The notes under the pieces: model-generated | What the model was told of the DNA's origin: nothing | The model's input: only the letters and a program-made list of their open reading frames with translations | The model's database searches: none | Source of the DNA: a virus | Taxonomy: Duplodnaviria; Caudoviricetes | Direction: 5' to 3' (one strand) | Virus record (IMG/VR): IMGVR_UViG_3300022407_001247 | Location: 1-54,409 of that record | DNA length: 54,409 nucleotides | Position numbers and translations under genes: made by a program | Part shown: positions 28,643 to 37,524 of the stretch, piece by piece | Position numbering within the stretch: the first letter of the stretch is position 1 | Layout of the letters: every line of letters starts with the position of its first letter

Positions 28643-28840
28643 TCACAAATCGTTGTTGCCGTTGCGCTCTTCATCTAATAACTTAAGCAATACTTCAACG
28701 GCCTTCTCCAGCCCGTTAAAGACACCACATCGGTATCCGTACTCAAATGCGTCACGAGTGTTAGGTTGACGTAGAGCCTGCAGCGCGTACTGCGCTTGCT
28801 CAGCTTTGAGACGGGTTAGTAACTGGGAGTCTACGCTCAC
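28643..28840 (-). CDS. Hypothetical protein
   Basis: 'FEYGYRCGVFNGLEKA' helical hairpin; GTGA overlap with the upstream gene. Confidence 0.7.
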   Translation of the reverse strand: MSVDSQLLTRLKAEQAQYALQALRQPNTRDAFEYGYRCGVFNGLEKAVEVLLKLLDEERNGNNDL

Positions 28841-28968
28841 GCTGGGGTTTTCTTACCTGCGGGGGGAGCGGGAGGCAGGGTCTGGCCGTCGCACTTCTCG
28901 CCGGCAGCCATGCGCTTGCGCTGGGGGACTGCACCGGAGTTCATTGGGACTGTGTTTTTGGTAGCCAT
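28837..28968 (-). CDS. Small protein, 43 aa (absent from ORF track)
   Basis: MATKNTVPMNSGAVPQRKRMAAGEKCDGQTLPPAPPAGKKTPA; AAAGGA RBS; stop overlaps the next GTG. Confidence 0.6.
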   Translation of the reverse strand: MATKNTVPMNSGAVPQRKRMAAGEKCDGQTLPPAPPAGKKTPA

Positions 28969-28996
28969 GGGGGAAGGTCCTTTCGGGGTGGTGGGG

Positions 28997-31501
28997 TTAA
29001 CGGGTGCCTGGGTTGATACCGGTGCCAGTGCTCACAGCAAACTTCTCACCAGTGGCTATTTCAGCCGCTGCTAGGCGCATCGCTGTGTCGTTGTCTGCGG
29101 TGTTCATCTCCTGACGCACTTGCAGTTCAGCCGCAGTGCGCTGGTTCTCTGCCTGTTGGCGCAGCTGTTCGCGTTGCAGTTCCTCGGCACGGGCCTGTGC
29201 ACGGTCTTGCAGGTCCGCGCCTTTGAGCTGCTGGGCTTGGGCGAGTTTGGCCTGCTCCACTTGCATGCGGGAGGCGTCGGCCTGCGCGCGCTGCTGTAGC
29301 GCTTGCCCTTGCACCTGAGCGTTGAGCTGGGCGACCTGCATGCTGTTGTCCGGAGGCATAGACGGCTGGGGCTTGAACTGCTGCGCCATCTGGTCTACCT
29401 GGGCTAGCAGCGGGCCAAAGCCCCCTAGCTCCTGCTCGATAGCCAGCTGTATGCGGGCGATGATTTGCGCTTCCTGATTGGCGTCGTCCTCGATAGCCCC
29501 GCTCTTGAGCGCCATCTCCACGCCCGAGTGGGCTTGCGTCAGGTAGTAGTTCAGCAGGTGGTCGCGCAGGTGCGAGGCGATAGGGTACATGTAGGTCTTG
29601 ACAATGGCCGGGTTCTGTCCGAACAGGGGCGACTGCAGGAAGGCCATGTGGATCTTCAGGTGCGCCAAGTGGTCCTGCTTGGGCAGCACGTACACCGGGC
29701 GGCCCATTGCAGCGGCGACGTTCTCGGACACCGGGTCGGAGTCGTCCTGCCCGGCGGCAGGCTGCAGCAGGTCATCAGGCACCTTCAGCGCGCGTAGGAA
29801 CATCTCCTCAATCTTGCGCTGATCGTACATCTGCGGCAACGCGGCGGACCGCTGCATGACCGCCTGCACTTGCGCAAACCGCTGGGTCTCGCTGAAGATA
29901 GCAGGGTCACTGACCGGGATAATATCCAGCGGGCCGTCAAAGTCCGAGGGCTTGACCTTTATGCCCCCGGCCTGGGCTTCGATGTCTTCCTCGGTCAGGT
30001 AGGCCGAGTTGATGCGGTGCAGGATCTTAAACACCCGGCTCATGGCAGAGTGGAACCGCGAGTGGATGCTCGAGAACACCACCATACCTTGCTCGATGAG
30101 CGCGAGCGTGGTGCCTACAGGGGCGTTAGGGTTTTGGTCGCTCAGCTTCTCAAAGCTGGTTTGCACCACACCCTTGCCTGCGTCTACTAGGAACCCTAGC
30201 AGCTGAAACAGCACGGGCGAAGGGCCGTTGAAGGGCAGCGGCATGGCCAGCTTGCGCACATCGTCCACCATCGCTCCACCTTCCAACTCTACCACTTCGG
30301 TAGGCTGGATGTTGATGGTCTGCCCGCCAGGGCCACCCTTCAACTTGAGCAGCGTGGGGATGTTCTGGATGTGCGCGGAGTCCAGCAGGGCGCGCAGGGC
30401 TCCGGTGGCTGCACCGCTCAGCCCGCCAATCATGTGGGTCAGGCCGATGGGGTACGCACCACGCCAGGGCACAAACGGGAACTCCACAATCCACTCCAAC
30501 TCCCCTCGGGTGACGTCGGCCTCGTCCCAGTTACGGTAGAGCGACAGGCCCCGGTCAGTGCTCTTGTCGATGGTAAGTAGGTAAGGCTCCGGCCCGTCAC
30601 CGAAGTCTATATGGGTGGCGACCTCAAACACCGTGCGCAGTCCGTCCTCGTTGTAGGAGGTCTCCTTGCGGCCTTCAATTTTGTCGTTGGCCTGCGAGGC
30701 CTTGCTGAACTCGGGAGACTCCGGGTCGGGCAGGTCGACGTCCCGGTACATACCAGACTTGACACGCCTTTGGTATTCAAACTTGGTGATGTACTGGACG
30801 TGGGTTTTACGCTCAGAGGTGTAGAAGTTGGTGGCCGCAAATGGCAGGTAGATGTCATCAATGGGGACGAACTCGACGTTCGGACGACGCCGGTCAGCGT
30901 TCCACATGACCTTGAGGTACTGCGCCCCGCCCAGCGGCACTTGCGTAGTCAGCTGCTCCAGCTCGCCCCTGAACTCGGGCATCTGCTCGGTGGCCTGCCA
31001 GTTCATAAAGTCGGCTTTGCGCTGGGCTTTCTCGAGCATGCGCTTGTCGCGCTCGGCCACGACCTTGGTGCGCACTGGGCCGTTGGCGGGGAAGATCTCC
31101 TTCATCACCCGGGCGCTAAAGTCCACACAGGCTTCCACCAGCAACGGGTGAACGACGCGGTTGGCGCCGTTAAACTGCGCTCCACCCGGAGCGTCATCAC
31201 CTAGGCCGGTGCGGCGCAGACCTTCCTCGTAGAGTTTGTCGCGCTTCTCGCGGGCTTCCTTGTCGCGCTCGATCTTGGTGACTAGGTCGGTAATAGCCTC
31301 GGCGAGCTCGGAGGGGTCTACCTCGTCGATGATGTTGGCAAAGTGGGCTTGCTTCTTCTGCAGGTCCTCGCCGTCTTTCATCCGCAGCATTGCCCCGCCG
31401 TCTTCGGTGTCCTCAACGTCTAGCTCGTCTTCGTCGGGCAAACTGAGCGTCTCCCCAGCAACATCCTCGTCGTCCTCAGGGGGCAATATATTGGTAGCCA
31501 T
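28997..31501 (-). CDS. Portal protein (P22-like, with C-terminal Gln-rich barrel)
   Basis: 834 aa; 'HPLLVEACVDF', 'GAATGALRALLDSAH' and 'APVGTTLALIEQG' motifs; downstream of the terminase. Confidence 0.88.
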   Translation of the reverse strand: MATNILPPEDDEDVAGETLSLPDEDELDVEDTEDGGAMLRMKDGEDLQKKQAHFANIIDEVDPSELAEAITDLVTKIERDKEAREKRDKLYEEGLRRTGLGDDAPGGAQFNGANRVVHPLLVEACVDFSARVMKEIFPANGPVRTKVVAERDKRMLEKAQRKADFMNWQATEQMPEFRGELEQLTTQVPLGGAQYLKVMWNADRRRPNVEFVPIDDIYLPFAATNFYTSERKTHVQYITKFEYQRRVKSGMYRDVDLPDPESPEFSKASQANDKIEGRKETSYNEDGLRTVFEVATHIDFGDGPEPYLLTIDKSTDRGLSLYRNWDEADVTRGELEWIVEFPFVPWRGAYPIGLTHMIGGLSGAATGALRALLDSAHIQNIPTLLKLKGGPGGQTINIQPTEVVELEGGAMVDDVRKLAMPLPFNGPSPVLFQLLGFLVDAGKGVVQTSFEKLSDQNPNAPVGTTLALIEQGMVVFSSIHSRFHSAMSRVFKILHRINSAYLTEEDIEAQAGGIKVKPSDFDGPLDIIPVSDPAIFSETQRFAQVQAVMQRSAALPQMYDQRKIEEMFLRALKVPDDLLQPAAGQDDSDPVSENVAAAMGRPVYVLPKQDHLAHLKIHMAFLQSPLFGQNPAIVKTYMYPIASHLRDHLLNYYLTQAHSGVEMALKSGAIEDDANQEAQIIARIQLAIEQELGGFGPLLAQVDQMAQQFKPQPSMPPDNSMQVAQLNAQVQGQALQQRAQADASRMQVEQAKLAQAQQLKGADLQDRAQARAEELQREQLRQQAENQRTAAELQVRQEMNTADNDTAMRLAAAEIATGEKFAVSTGTGINPGTR

Positions 31502-31513
31502 ACGGCACTCCTC

Positions 31514-33799
31514 TTAAAACAGTTCCGCGAGCAGCGAGTCGGCTAGTTCGTCAACCCGGGCTTGATTATAGCCTTGATTCGGCGAGGTGGCAACCATACC
31601 ACCGGCGGCGAAGCCTGGTTCTGGGGGAAGAGCCATGCCGGGCGCTGGTGGCGGGTTATTGATGTACCGCGCCAGGCTGCTAAAAGTGTAATCACCCCCC
31701 AGCGGCCCCATCAGCTCATCAAGTTCAGACTGACTAGCGTAGCGGTTGGGCAACCGGCTGAAGAACGCCTCCGCCTTGGTTGGGTCCGCGCCGTAATCGA
31801 GCACTTGTCCACGCCAACCTGAGATGTCTCGCAACCCGGTGTTCTGCAAGTCACCCACATCAGACCACTTGCCCGACTTGACGAAGTCCTGCACGAATGG
31901 TAGGTACTCCGGGGCGGGGGCGCGGTTCTTTTTGCCTTTGATTTGGACGATGCGTTCTTGGGGTAATGTGTTTTCAGCAAGATACTGCGCGTAAGCTGCT
32001 TTCGTACTAGGTGTGTTCGGCCTTAAACCCATATTCTCAGCGAATGTGTAAATGTCACCCGCGTCTTCAACGTCTTGTCCAAACGGAACTGTCTCCACCG
32101 TAGCATGCGGCTGACCCTTACTGTCACGCAGGGAGTAGATGCGGCTGCGGCCTTCAGCTACGTCAGGGCAGTAACCGCCGACGCAGTGCTGCATGGTGTC
32201 GCCTTCGTACTTGAGGGCGTCAGATAGGGTTTTGTATGTACCCTCAGCATCATGCAACCCTGCGTCTGGATTTACCCCCGGCTCTTTTAACTCCACCCAC
32301 TTCATCCCCTGCTCGGGGTACTCTTTGAACACTTGCGTGGCCGCATTGTTAGCGCGGGCCATGTCGGCTTCAACCTTCTGCGCCGCGCGCCATGCGTTGA
32401 TGTCCGCCACGCGCTCAACGGCCTGCGGCACGGTGATCTTGGGCAGGTCTTTGTACTTGAGCAGCAGCTCTGCGGGCAGGCCGGACTCAGGGTTGGTCGC
32501 GTTGCGCAGCTCGTCGATGAGGTGGTTGAAGCCGAGTTCTTCGGGGAAGCTTTTCTCTGGATAGTAGACAGGGGTTTCTGGCGGCACCTTCAGCAGCCAG
32601 GGGTTCTTGTCGACGTTGGAGAGGTAACCCCGGCGAATCTCAGACTCCGTTAACGGTAGGGTGTGTTTACCTGCGGTGGATACATCCAGCGCAGCATCAG
32701 AAGCATTCTCCCATGCTCGGGCAACCGGCGAAACACTTACTCCGTGGATCGGAAATCCTGCTTTCATTCTTGACACAGCCACTTGCTCCGGCAGCCAATC
32801 CCCATACAGTGCGCCTTCAGGGGTGTAGGCATGCGACCCCTCTCGTAGCTGCAACAGTGCCTTCTCTTTCTCGAGCCCGATCATTTGCTGCCGCATGGAG
32901 GTCAGGTACTCAGGGGGCACCCCGCGTTCCCCGGCTACTTGCGCGACCTTAGCCCCTAGGGCATCAATCCGACTCTGCACCTCGGCGAGCTTGGCTGGTT
33001 TGTCCACAGCCCACTTCTCAGCCAGCGCGCGGATAGGGTCTCCGGGCGTCGCCATCTCATTCTTGACGTAGCGGGTGAGTTGCTTGTCAATAAAGTTGTT
33101 GAGTGCTGCTTCCCGTTGCCATTGAGGTAGACGCTGATTCAACTGGACCAGCGTTTCCGGTGTCGTGGCCGGGTTAGCAGCAGACGAAGCGTACAACTGA
33201 AGAGCCTCTTCGGGGTTTTGGTGTCGTTTCAACCCCCGAAGCGAGTCCTCTACCGATCCGCTCAACCAGTTGCCGCCCGGGGCTTTGATGACGCCGCGCT
33301 GAGCAGCTCGACTACCTGCACGTGGAGACTCGGCTGCTATCCTTGCGGCCAAATTAGCTAGTTCGTTTGTACTTTTAACACCTAAGCCTGCAATGTTTGT
33401 AGAACCTGCGCCGCCAAGCAAGTTGCCTGCTGTAGTGAATGCTTTACCAGTTGGGGTCTGATTCAGCTCAGCGCCGGGCAGATATTGATTGTAGAACTCG
33501 GTTGTTGGCAATTGCGGCGTAGGGTCTGCACGACTGCCAATGCCAAATGCACGTAGTGCAGGCAAAGCATTCAAAAACTGTGAAGGAACTTGAGACAGAC
33601 CTGAACGCAGTAATCCCTCAATGTCCCCTGGCAATCCTGCGGTTCCTGCCGCATAGCCACGAAGTGCAGATAGTGGGGCATTGGCGGAAGCGGTTCTGTC
33701 TTGCTGAGCGCGCCGGGGGCGCATCTGGGGGAATACGCCGAATGCGGCACCGGTGTTTTCAGCCACAGCTGCACTCCTTGAGTTGGGCGAGACCGCCAC
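31514..33799 (-). CDS. Large protein with a PcfJ-like domain, probable virion cargo
   Basis: 'LKYEGDTMQHCVGGY..RIYSLRD..GQPHATVE..QIKGKKN' is a PcfJ-like motif; C-terminal FAAGGMV. Confidence 0.6.
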   Translation of the reverse strand: MAVSPNSRSAAVAENTGAAFGVFPQMRPRRAQQDRTASANAPLSALRGYAAGTAGLPGDIEGLLRSGLSQVPSQFLNALPALRAFGIGSRADPTPQLPTTEFYNQYLPGAELNQTPTGKAFTTAGNLLGGAGSTNIAGLGVKSTNELANLAARIAAESPRAGSRAAQRGVIKAPGGNWLSGSVEDSLRGLKRHQNPEEALQLYASSAANPATTPETLVQLNQRLPQWQREAALNNFIDKQLTRYVKNEMATPGDPIRALAEKWAVDKPAKLAEVQSRIDALGAKVAQVAGERGVPPEYLTSMRQQMIGLEKEKALLQLREGSHAYTPEGALYGDWLPEQVAVSRMKAGFPIHGVSVSPVARAWENASDAALDVSTAGKHTLPLTESEIRRGYLSNVDKNPWLLKVPPETPVYYPEKSFPEELGFNHLIDELRNATNPESGLPAELLLKYKDLPKITVPQAVERVADINAWRAAQKVEADMARANNAATQVFKEYPEQGMKWVELKEPGVNPDAGLHDAEGTYKTLSDALKYEGDTMQHCVGGYCPDVAEGRSRIYSLRDSKGQPHATVETVPFGQDVEDAGDIYTFAENMGLRPNTPSTKAAYAQYLAENTLPQERIVQIKGKKNRAPAPEYLPFVQDFVKSGKWSDVGDLQNTGLRDISGWRGQVLDYGADPTKAEAFFSRLPNRYASQSELDELMGPLGGDYTFSSLARYINNPPPAPGMALPPEPGFAAGGMVATSPNQGYNQARVDELADSLLAELF

Positions 33800-34196
33800 G
33801 AGCTTTGTTTATCCACGCACGACTCGGCATACGTTGCGGGACAGCTTGCTCAGCGGCCTCCAGCACCAGCTGCTCTAGCTGTTTTTGCGAAGTCGCCCGC
33901 TGCCCCAATTCGATACCCAAGGCGTTGTTGTGGATGTCTTGGTCGTAATCGGGAGGCATCTGCCCCAGCCCCAACATTAAACGCAGCGCTGAGAGCGGTG
34001 AAGTTGAATACTCGTGGACTTTCCCGAGCAAGGTGGCGATTGTCGGGTTGTACTTGCGGGCCAACGTACCCGCAGCGAGCATATGGCGCATGGCGTCTTG
34101 CTGGTCACCCTGACCTAACTGCCCCGCGTACATGTCACGCGCGACAGAGCTCGCGTAAGGCGAGACCGAGTACAAGTAAGGTGCGTCAGAGGGCAT
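33759..34196 (-). CDS. DUF6973-like protein
   Basis: 'DAMRH', 'HE' and 'DIHNNALG' motif pattern; C-terminal KARGGL. Confidence 0.55.
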   Translation of the reverse strand: MPSDAPYLYSVSPYASSVARDMYAGQLGQGDQQDAMRHMLAAGTLARKYNPTIATLLGKVHEYSTSPLSALRLMLGLGQMPPDYDQDIHNNALGIELGQRATSQKQLEQLVLEAAEQAVPQRMPSRAWINKARGGLAQLKECSCG

Positions 34197-34202
34197 ATCG
34201 GC

Positions 34203-34478
34203 CTACCATTTCACTTTGTCGGCCCAGTACGCAGCACTGGACTTGCCCTTGGCGATGTTGGCAGCGTGTCGAGCCTTGAAGCTGTCGCGCTTGGCGGTGG
34301 TTGCGGAGGATTCACCGGCCCGGGGCTTGCCCGCTGTCTTAGCGCCTTGCTCGCCGAACCGAATCACCTTCTCCTGCCCGTCGGTGCAGGCCTTCACTAC
34401 GTGCGACTTGGTCGGGTGGGTCGGGGTGCGCTTGGGCGTGTTGCAAGCCATGTCGGCCTTCTTTACGGGCTTGGTCAT
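34203..34478 (-). CDS. Small basic conserved phage protein
   Basis: 'KSHVVKA..KVIRFG..SFKARH..SAAYWADKVKW'. Confidence 0.7.
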   Translation of the reverse strand: MTKPVKKADMACNTPKRTPTHPTKSHVVKACTDGQEKVIRFGEQGAKTAGKPRAGESSATTAKRDSFKARHAANIAKGKSSAAYWADKVKW

Positions 34479-34648
34479 TTGGACTTCCTAGCTGCGGCGC
34501 GCATGTTGTCCACGAGGTTGGGGTAAGGGCGACCGGCCTTAGCAGCTGCAGCCTTTGCGCTCGACTTAGCAGCGGAGGACAGGGGCTTGCTGGGTCCAAT
34601 TGAGGCTGGACGCTTCTTGTCCCAAACGGGTTTAGACTTAGGCTGCAT
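34475..34648 (-). CDS. Small basic protein, 57 aa (absent from ORF track)
   Basis: MQPKSKPVWDKKRP...AGRPYPNLVDNMRAAARKSK; fills the gap, with an ATGA overlap downstream. Confidence 0.65.
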   Translation of the reverse strand: MQPKSKPVWDKKRPASIGPSKPLSSAAKSSAKAAAAKAGRPYPNLVDNMRAAARKSK

Positions 34649-36215
34649 AAGGGTTCAACCTTTCTTTGTTCTGTGGTCTAGGTTCATCAACGTCTTTAGC
34701 TTGCGGCAGCTCAAACCATCCGTCATTCTTGAGATAGATGATGGCCTGAGTGAACGTGTCAACATAGTCGTCATGTTCGGCCACAGGGAACTTGGTCAGC
34801 TGCTTTATGAACGGCTGAGCCCAGCTTACAAACTGTCCTGGGTTCTTGCTTGACTCCGGGATCCATAGTATGTCCAGCTCCAGGGTTGGTGCGGCTTGAT
34901 GCGCACGGGCTACTTTGTCCGCGTTGCCCGGATTATACCCAACAGCAGGCACTTTCGCCAAGCGCAGGTCTTGTAGCAAGCTTTGACCGCTGGCTTTTTC
35001 CTCAACGAGTATCCTGTCCGGCCGTCGGCCGCGCACTTGGTGTCCAGCGCCTTTGCCTGCATCGGCGCCGTACTCAGCGGTCCAATCGTCCACAGCCCTG
35101 GTGCGCAAGTCAGGATAGCCAAGGTGTTCGTCCCATGCGTCGAGCAGCATGCCGTTGCGCTTACCTTTGTGCGTGAACAATCCCCACACACTGCACGCTG
35201 TGGGATCGCCTGTAGTCTTTTCGGTGAATGCGCAGTCATAGCTCTGCAGCACGTACTGCAGCACTGGTCGGCGCTCAGCGGCAGGCCACATTTGGAAGTG
35301 TTGGGTTTTGAGTAGGCCGCCAGTATTTGGAACCGGTTCTTGTTGCAGTTGACCACTAGCGCCATAAGAGCCAAGTAGTTGCTTGAGAGCCGTAATCTCG
35401 GCCGGGCCAAACCGCTCCGGACAGATGAGCTCACCCTTTTTGGTACGAGGGTCGTAGGTGCCGAGCGATGTAGTGCGGCGCTTGCCGTCCCACTCCGCAG
35501 GAATGCAGATGTGCTCCCAGCCCTTGATGTCCTCTAGGATGTGACCGCTGACGTCACTTTCGTGCAGTCGCTGCATTACAACAACCATTGCATCGGTCTT
35601 CGGATTGTTGAGCCGTGTGCTCCAGACCATGTCAAACCACTCGATGGTGCTTTCCCTCATCGCATCAGATTGAGCGTCCTGTGCGCCGTGAGGGTCGTCC
35701 AAGACCAACCTAGATCCGCCTTCACCTGTTGCAGTGCCTCCTGGTGACGTGGCAATGCGGTAACCAGTCTTGTCGTTCTCAAACCGTTGCTTGGCGTTTT
35801 GGTCGCCTGACAGTTCAAACAGATTGCCCCAGCGTTCTTGATACCAGGGCGACTGCACGAGCCGCCGAGCCTTCAAGTTGTCACGGATAGAGAGGTTGCC
35901 CGCGTAGCTTGCACACAGGAACTTCTCTTCTGGCTTGCCAATCCATTCCCACATCGGCCACATGACAGACACAATCGTGCTTTTTGAATGCCTTGGCGGA
36001 ATGTTGATGAGCAGCCGACGAATGTCGCCACTGGAGATGGCTTCAAGGTGTTCGCAGATCTCTTCAATGTGCCACGACGGAATGAACGGAATGCCAGGCT
36101 CCACCACGTGCCAGCTCTGCTTGACGAACTCGTAAAGGTTGCTCTCCGCTCTGCGACGGTTTTGCTCATACTTGATCATGTCAAGTATTGCCGCAGGACT
36201 GAGTGGCGCGTTCAT
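34638..36215 (-). CDS. terL: Terminase large subunit
   Basis: Walker A 'INIPPRHSKS', Walker B 'LVLDDPH', 'MQRLHESD', and nuclease motifs 'QSYDCA..GDPTA' and 'HDDYVD'. Confidence 0.95.
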   Translation of the reverse strand: MNAPLSPAAILDMIKYEQNRRRAESNLYEFVKQSWHVVEPGIPFIPSWHIEEICEHLEAISSGDIRRLLINIPPRHSKSTIVSVMWPMWEWIGKPEEKFLCASYAGNLSIRDNLKARRLVQSPWYQERWGNLFELSGDQNAKQRFENDKTGYRIATSPGGTATGEGGSRLVLDDPHGAQDAQSDAMRESTIEWFDMVWSTRLNNPKTDAMVVVMQRLHESDVSGHILEDIKGWEHICIPAEWDGKRRTTSLGTYDPRTKKGELICPERFGPAEITALKQLLGSYGASGQLQQEPVPNTGGLLKTQHFQMWPAAERRPVLQYVLQSYDCAFTEKTTGDPTACSVWGLFTHKGKRNGMLLDAWDEHLGYPDLRTRAVDDWTAEYGADAGKGAGHQVRGRRPDRILVEEKASGQSLLQDLRLAKVPAVGYNPGNADKVARAHQAAPTLELDILWIPESSKNPGQFVSWAQPFIKQLTKFPVAEHDDYVDTFTQAIIYLKNDGWFELPQAKDVDEPRPQNKERLNPYAA

Positions 36216-36694
36216 TGGCCTGCGGCTTTGGTCATCAACTTTTGCATTGTGTCAAGCTCTGCGTCACTCAACCCTTTGAGGTCGACTGCTGCAATCGGTA
36301 TTGCACTGCCATTCGGCCCGCTAATCTCACTGCGAGCCAACTTAGGCACATGGTACTCGACCACGCTTTGGAACAAGTTGAACGCTCGTTCCGGGTTTGG
36401 CCGAGTTATGTAGACTTTGTTGCCATCTTGGTCGTAGACTTGCTTGCCATTAGCATCAAGCATTGGAGTGCCTTCAGCCACGGCATCAAGCCAGCCGGTC
36501 AATCGATGCGCATTTCCGTCGACAAACTCAGCAATCGCTAGTTTGGCAGTCAGCGTCACCTTGTTAGGGGTCCCTGGTTGGCGTCCAGAACCAGCTGGTC
36601 GCGTACTTCCTGGTTTAGCGCCGCCGCCATTGTTTGAACCAGGCAAAGCTCCTGCAGTTCGCTTTGGAGCAGGGGTTCGTAATTTCATAATCAA
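36212..36694 (-). CDS. terS: Putative terminase small subunit
   Basis: 'GSGRQPGTPNKVT', 'YHVPKL' and 'EISGPNG' motifs; immediately upstream of terL. Confidence 0.7.
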   Translation of the reverse strand: MIMKLRTPAPKRTAGALPGSNNGGGAKPGSTRPAGSGRQPGTPNKVTLTAKLAIAEFVDGNAHRLTGWLDAVAEGTPMLDANGKQVYDQDGNKVYITRPNPERAFNLFQSVVEYHVPKLARSEISGPNGSAIPIAAVDLKGLSDAELDTMQKLMTKAAGQ

Positions 36695-37173
36695 CCCTTT
36701 CGGTCAGATTGTCTTCTACGGATTGTATTGTATTTATTTTTATCTAAAACTACTTTGGTTGGCACCGTGGTCTTGCCAGGATCATCCAGGAAGCGCGCAA
36801 GCCACGCAGGAGGTTGATCACCATAGACGTAGCGCAGAAACTCACCGTACGCCGCATTAGCTCCTTCGCAAACCAGCACTACATAGCCTTTTTGCCTAAG
36901 CTTATCGATGATCAAATCCTGATTATCACTAGTTTGGCCGCCGACCTTTTTCATCTCGATGAACAAGCCATGTTTGTCGCCTCGAGGTTCGGCCAAAAAC
37001 AGGTCAGGCACTCCGGCCAAAACTCCTTCGCGTTTCATCTGCGCAGCAACTCGAGGGTCTCTCTTTCCTCCGTTCGGTATGCTCATAAAAACCAGGTCAG
37101 GATGGAAGTTGCGCACTCTGGCAACTAGGGTTGTCTGCTCGCTAGACTCTGACTTTGACTTAGTTGTAGACAA
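36691..37173 (-). CDS. VRR-NUC domain nuclease
   Basis: 'IPNGG.R', 'GVLAGVPDL', 'LFIEMK' and 'Q..GY' motifs. Confidence 0.85.
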   Translation of the reverse strand: MSTTKSKSESSEQTTLVARVRNFHPDLVFMSIPNGGKRDPRVAAQMKREGVLAGVPDLFLAEPRGDKHGLFIEMKKVGGQTSDNQDLIIDKLRQKGYVVLVCEGANAAYGEFLRYVYGDQPPAWLARFLDDPGKTTVPTKVVLDKNKYNTIRRRQSDRKG

Positions 37174-37220
37174 TACTTTTACTCCTTGTGTGGGTGTGAG
37201 CGTGTCACGGTGTGGAAGGT

Positions 37221-37524
37221 AGGGTCGAGTTCGCGTTCACTTCCAGTCCGCCCCCACAAATAAACATATACAACTGTTTTCATATTTATATATTATTCTG
37301 CCGGCAACCAACTTTATACTATTAACTCGAACCTCGAACCTTTTAGGTATAAAGTATATAGAAATCAACAACTTAGAGAGGGTCGAGTTGAGGTTCGAGT
37401 TGAGGTTCGAGTTCGAGTAAATCAACTCAAAAGGTCAGTGTCCGAGGTTTTATCCAAAAGTGATCTGACTTTTTCGTTTTTTGCCGAGTCGTCCAATCCT
37501 TTGAAAAATTCTGAACTCGACCCT
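37221..37524. repeat. Candidate replication origin: AGGKTCGAGTT iterons around an AT-rich core with an IHF box
   Basis: Direct copies at 37221, 37379, 37391 and 37403; inverted copies at 37324 and 37514. AATCAACAACTTA at 37363-37375 matches WATCAANNNNTTR. Confidence 0.6.

Noticed and set aside
37237-37425. 62-aa ORF with NSNL repeats
   Set aside because: It is a translation of the iteron-like repeats in an AT-rich gap; a DNA-level function is more plausible.
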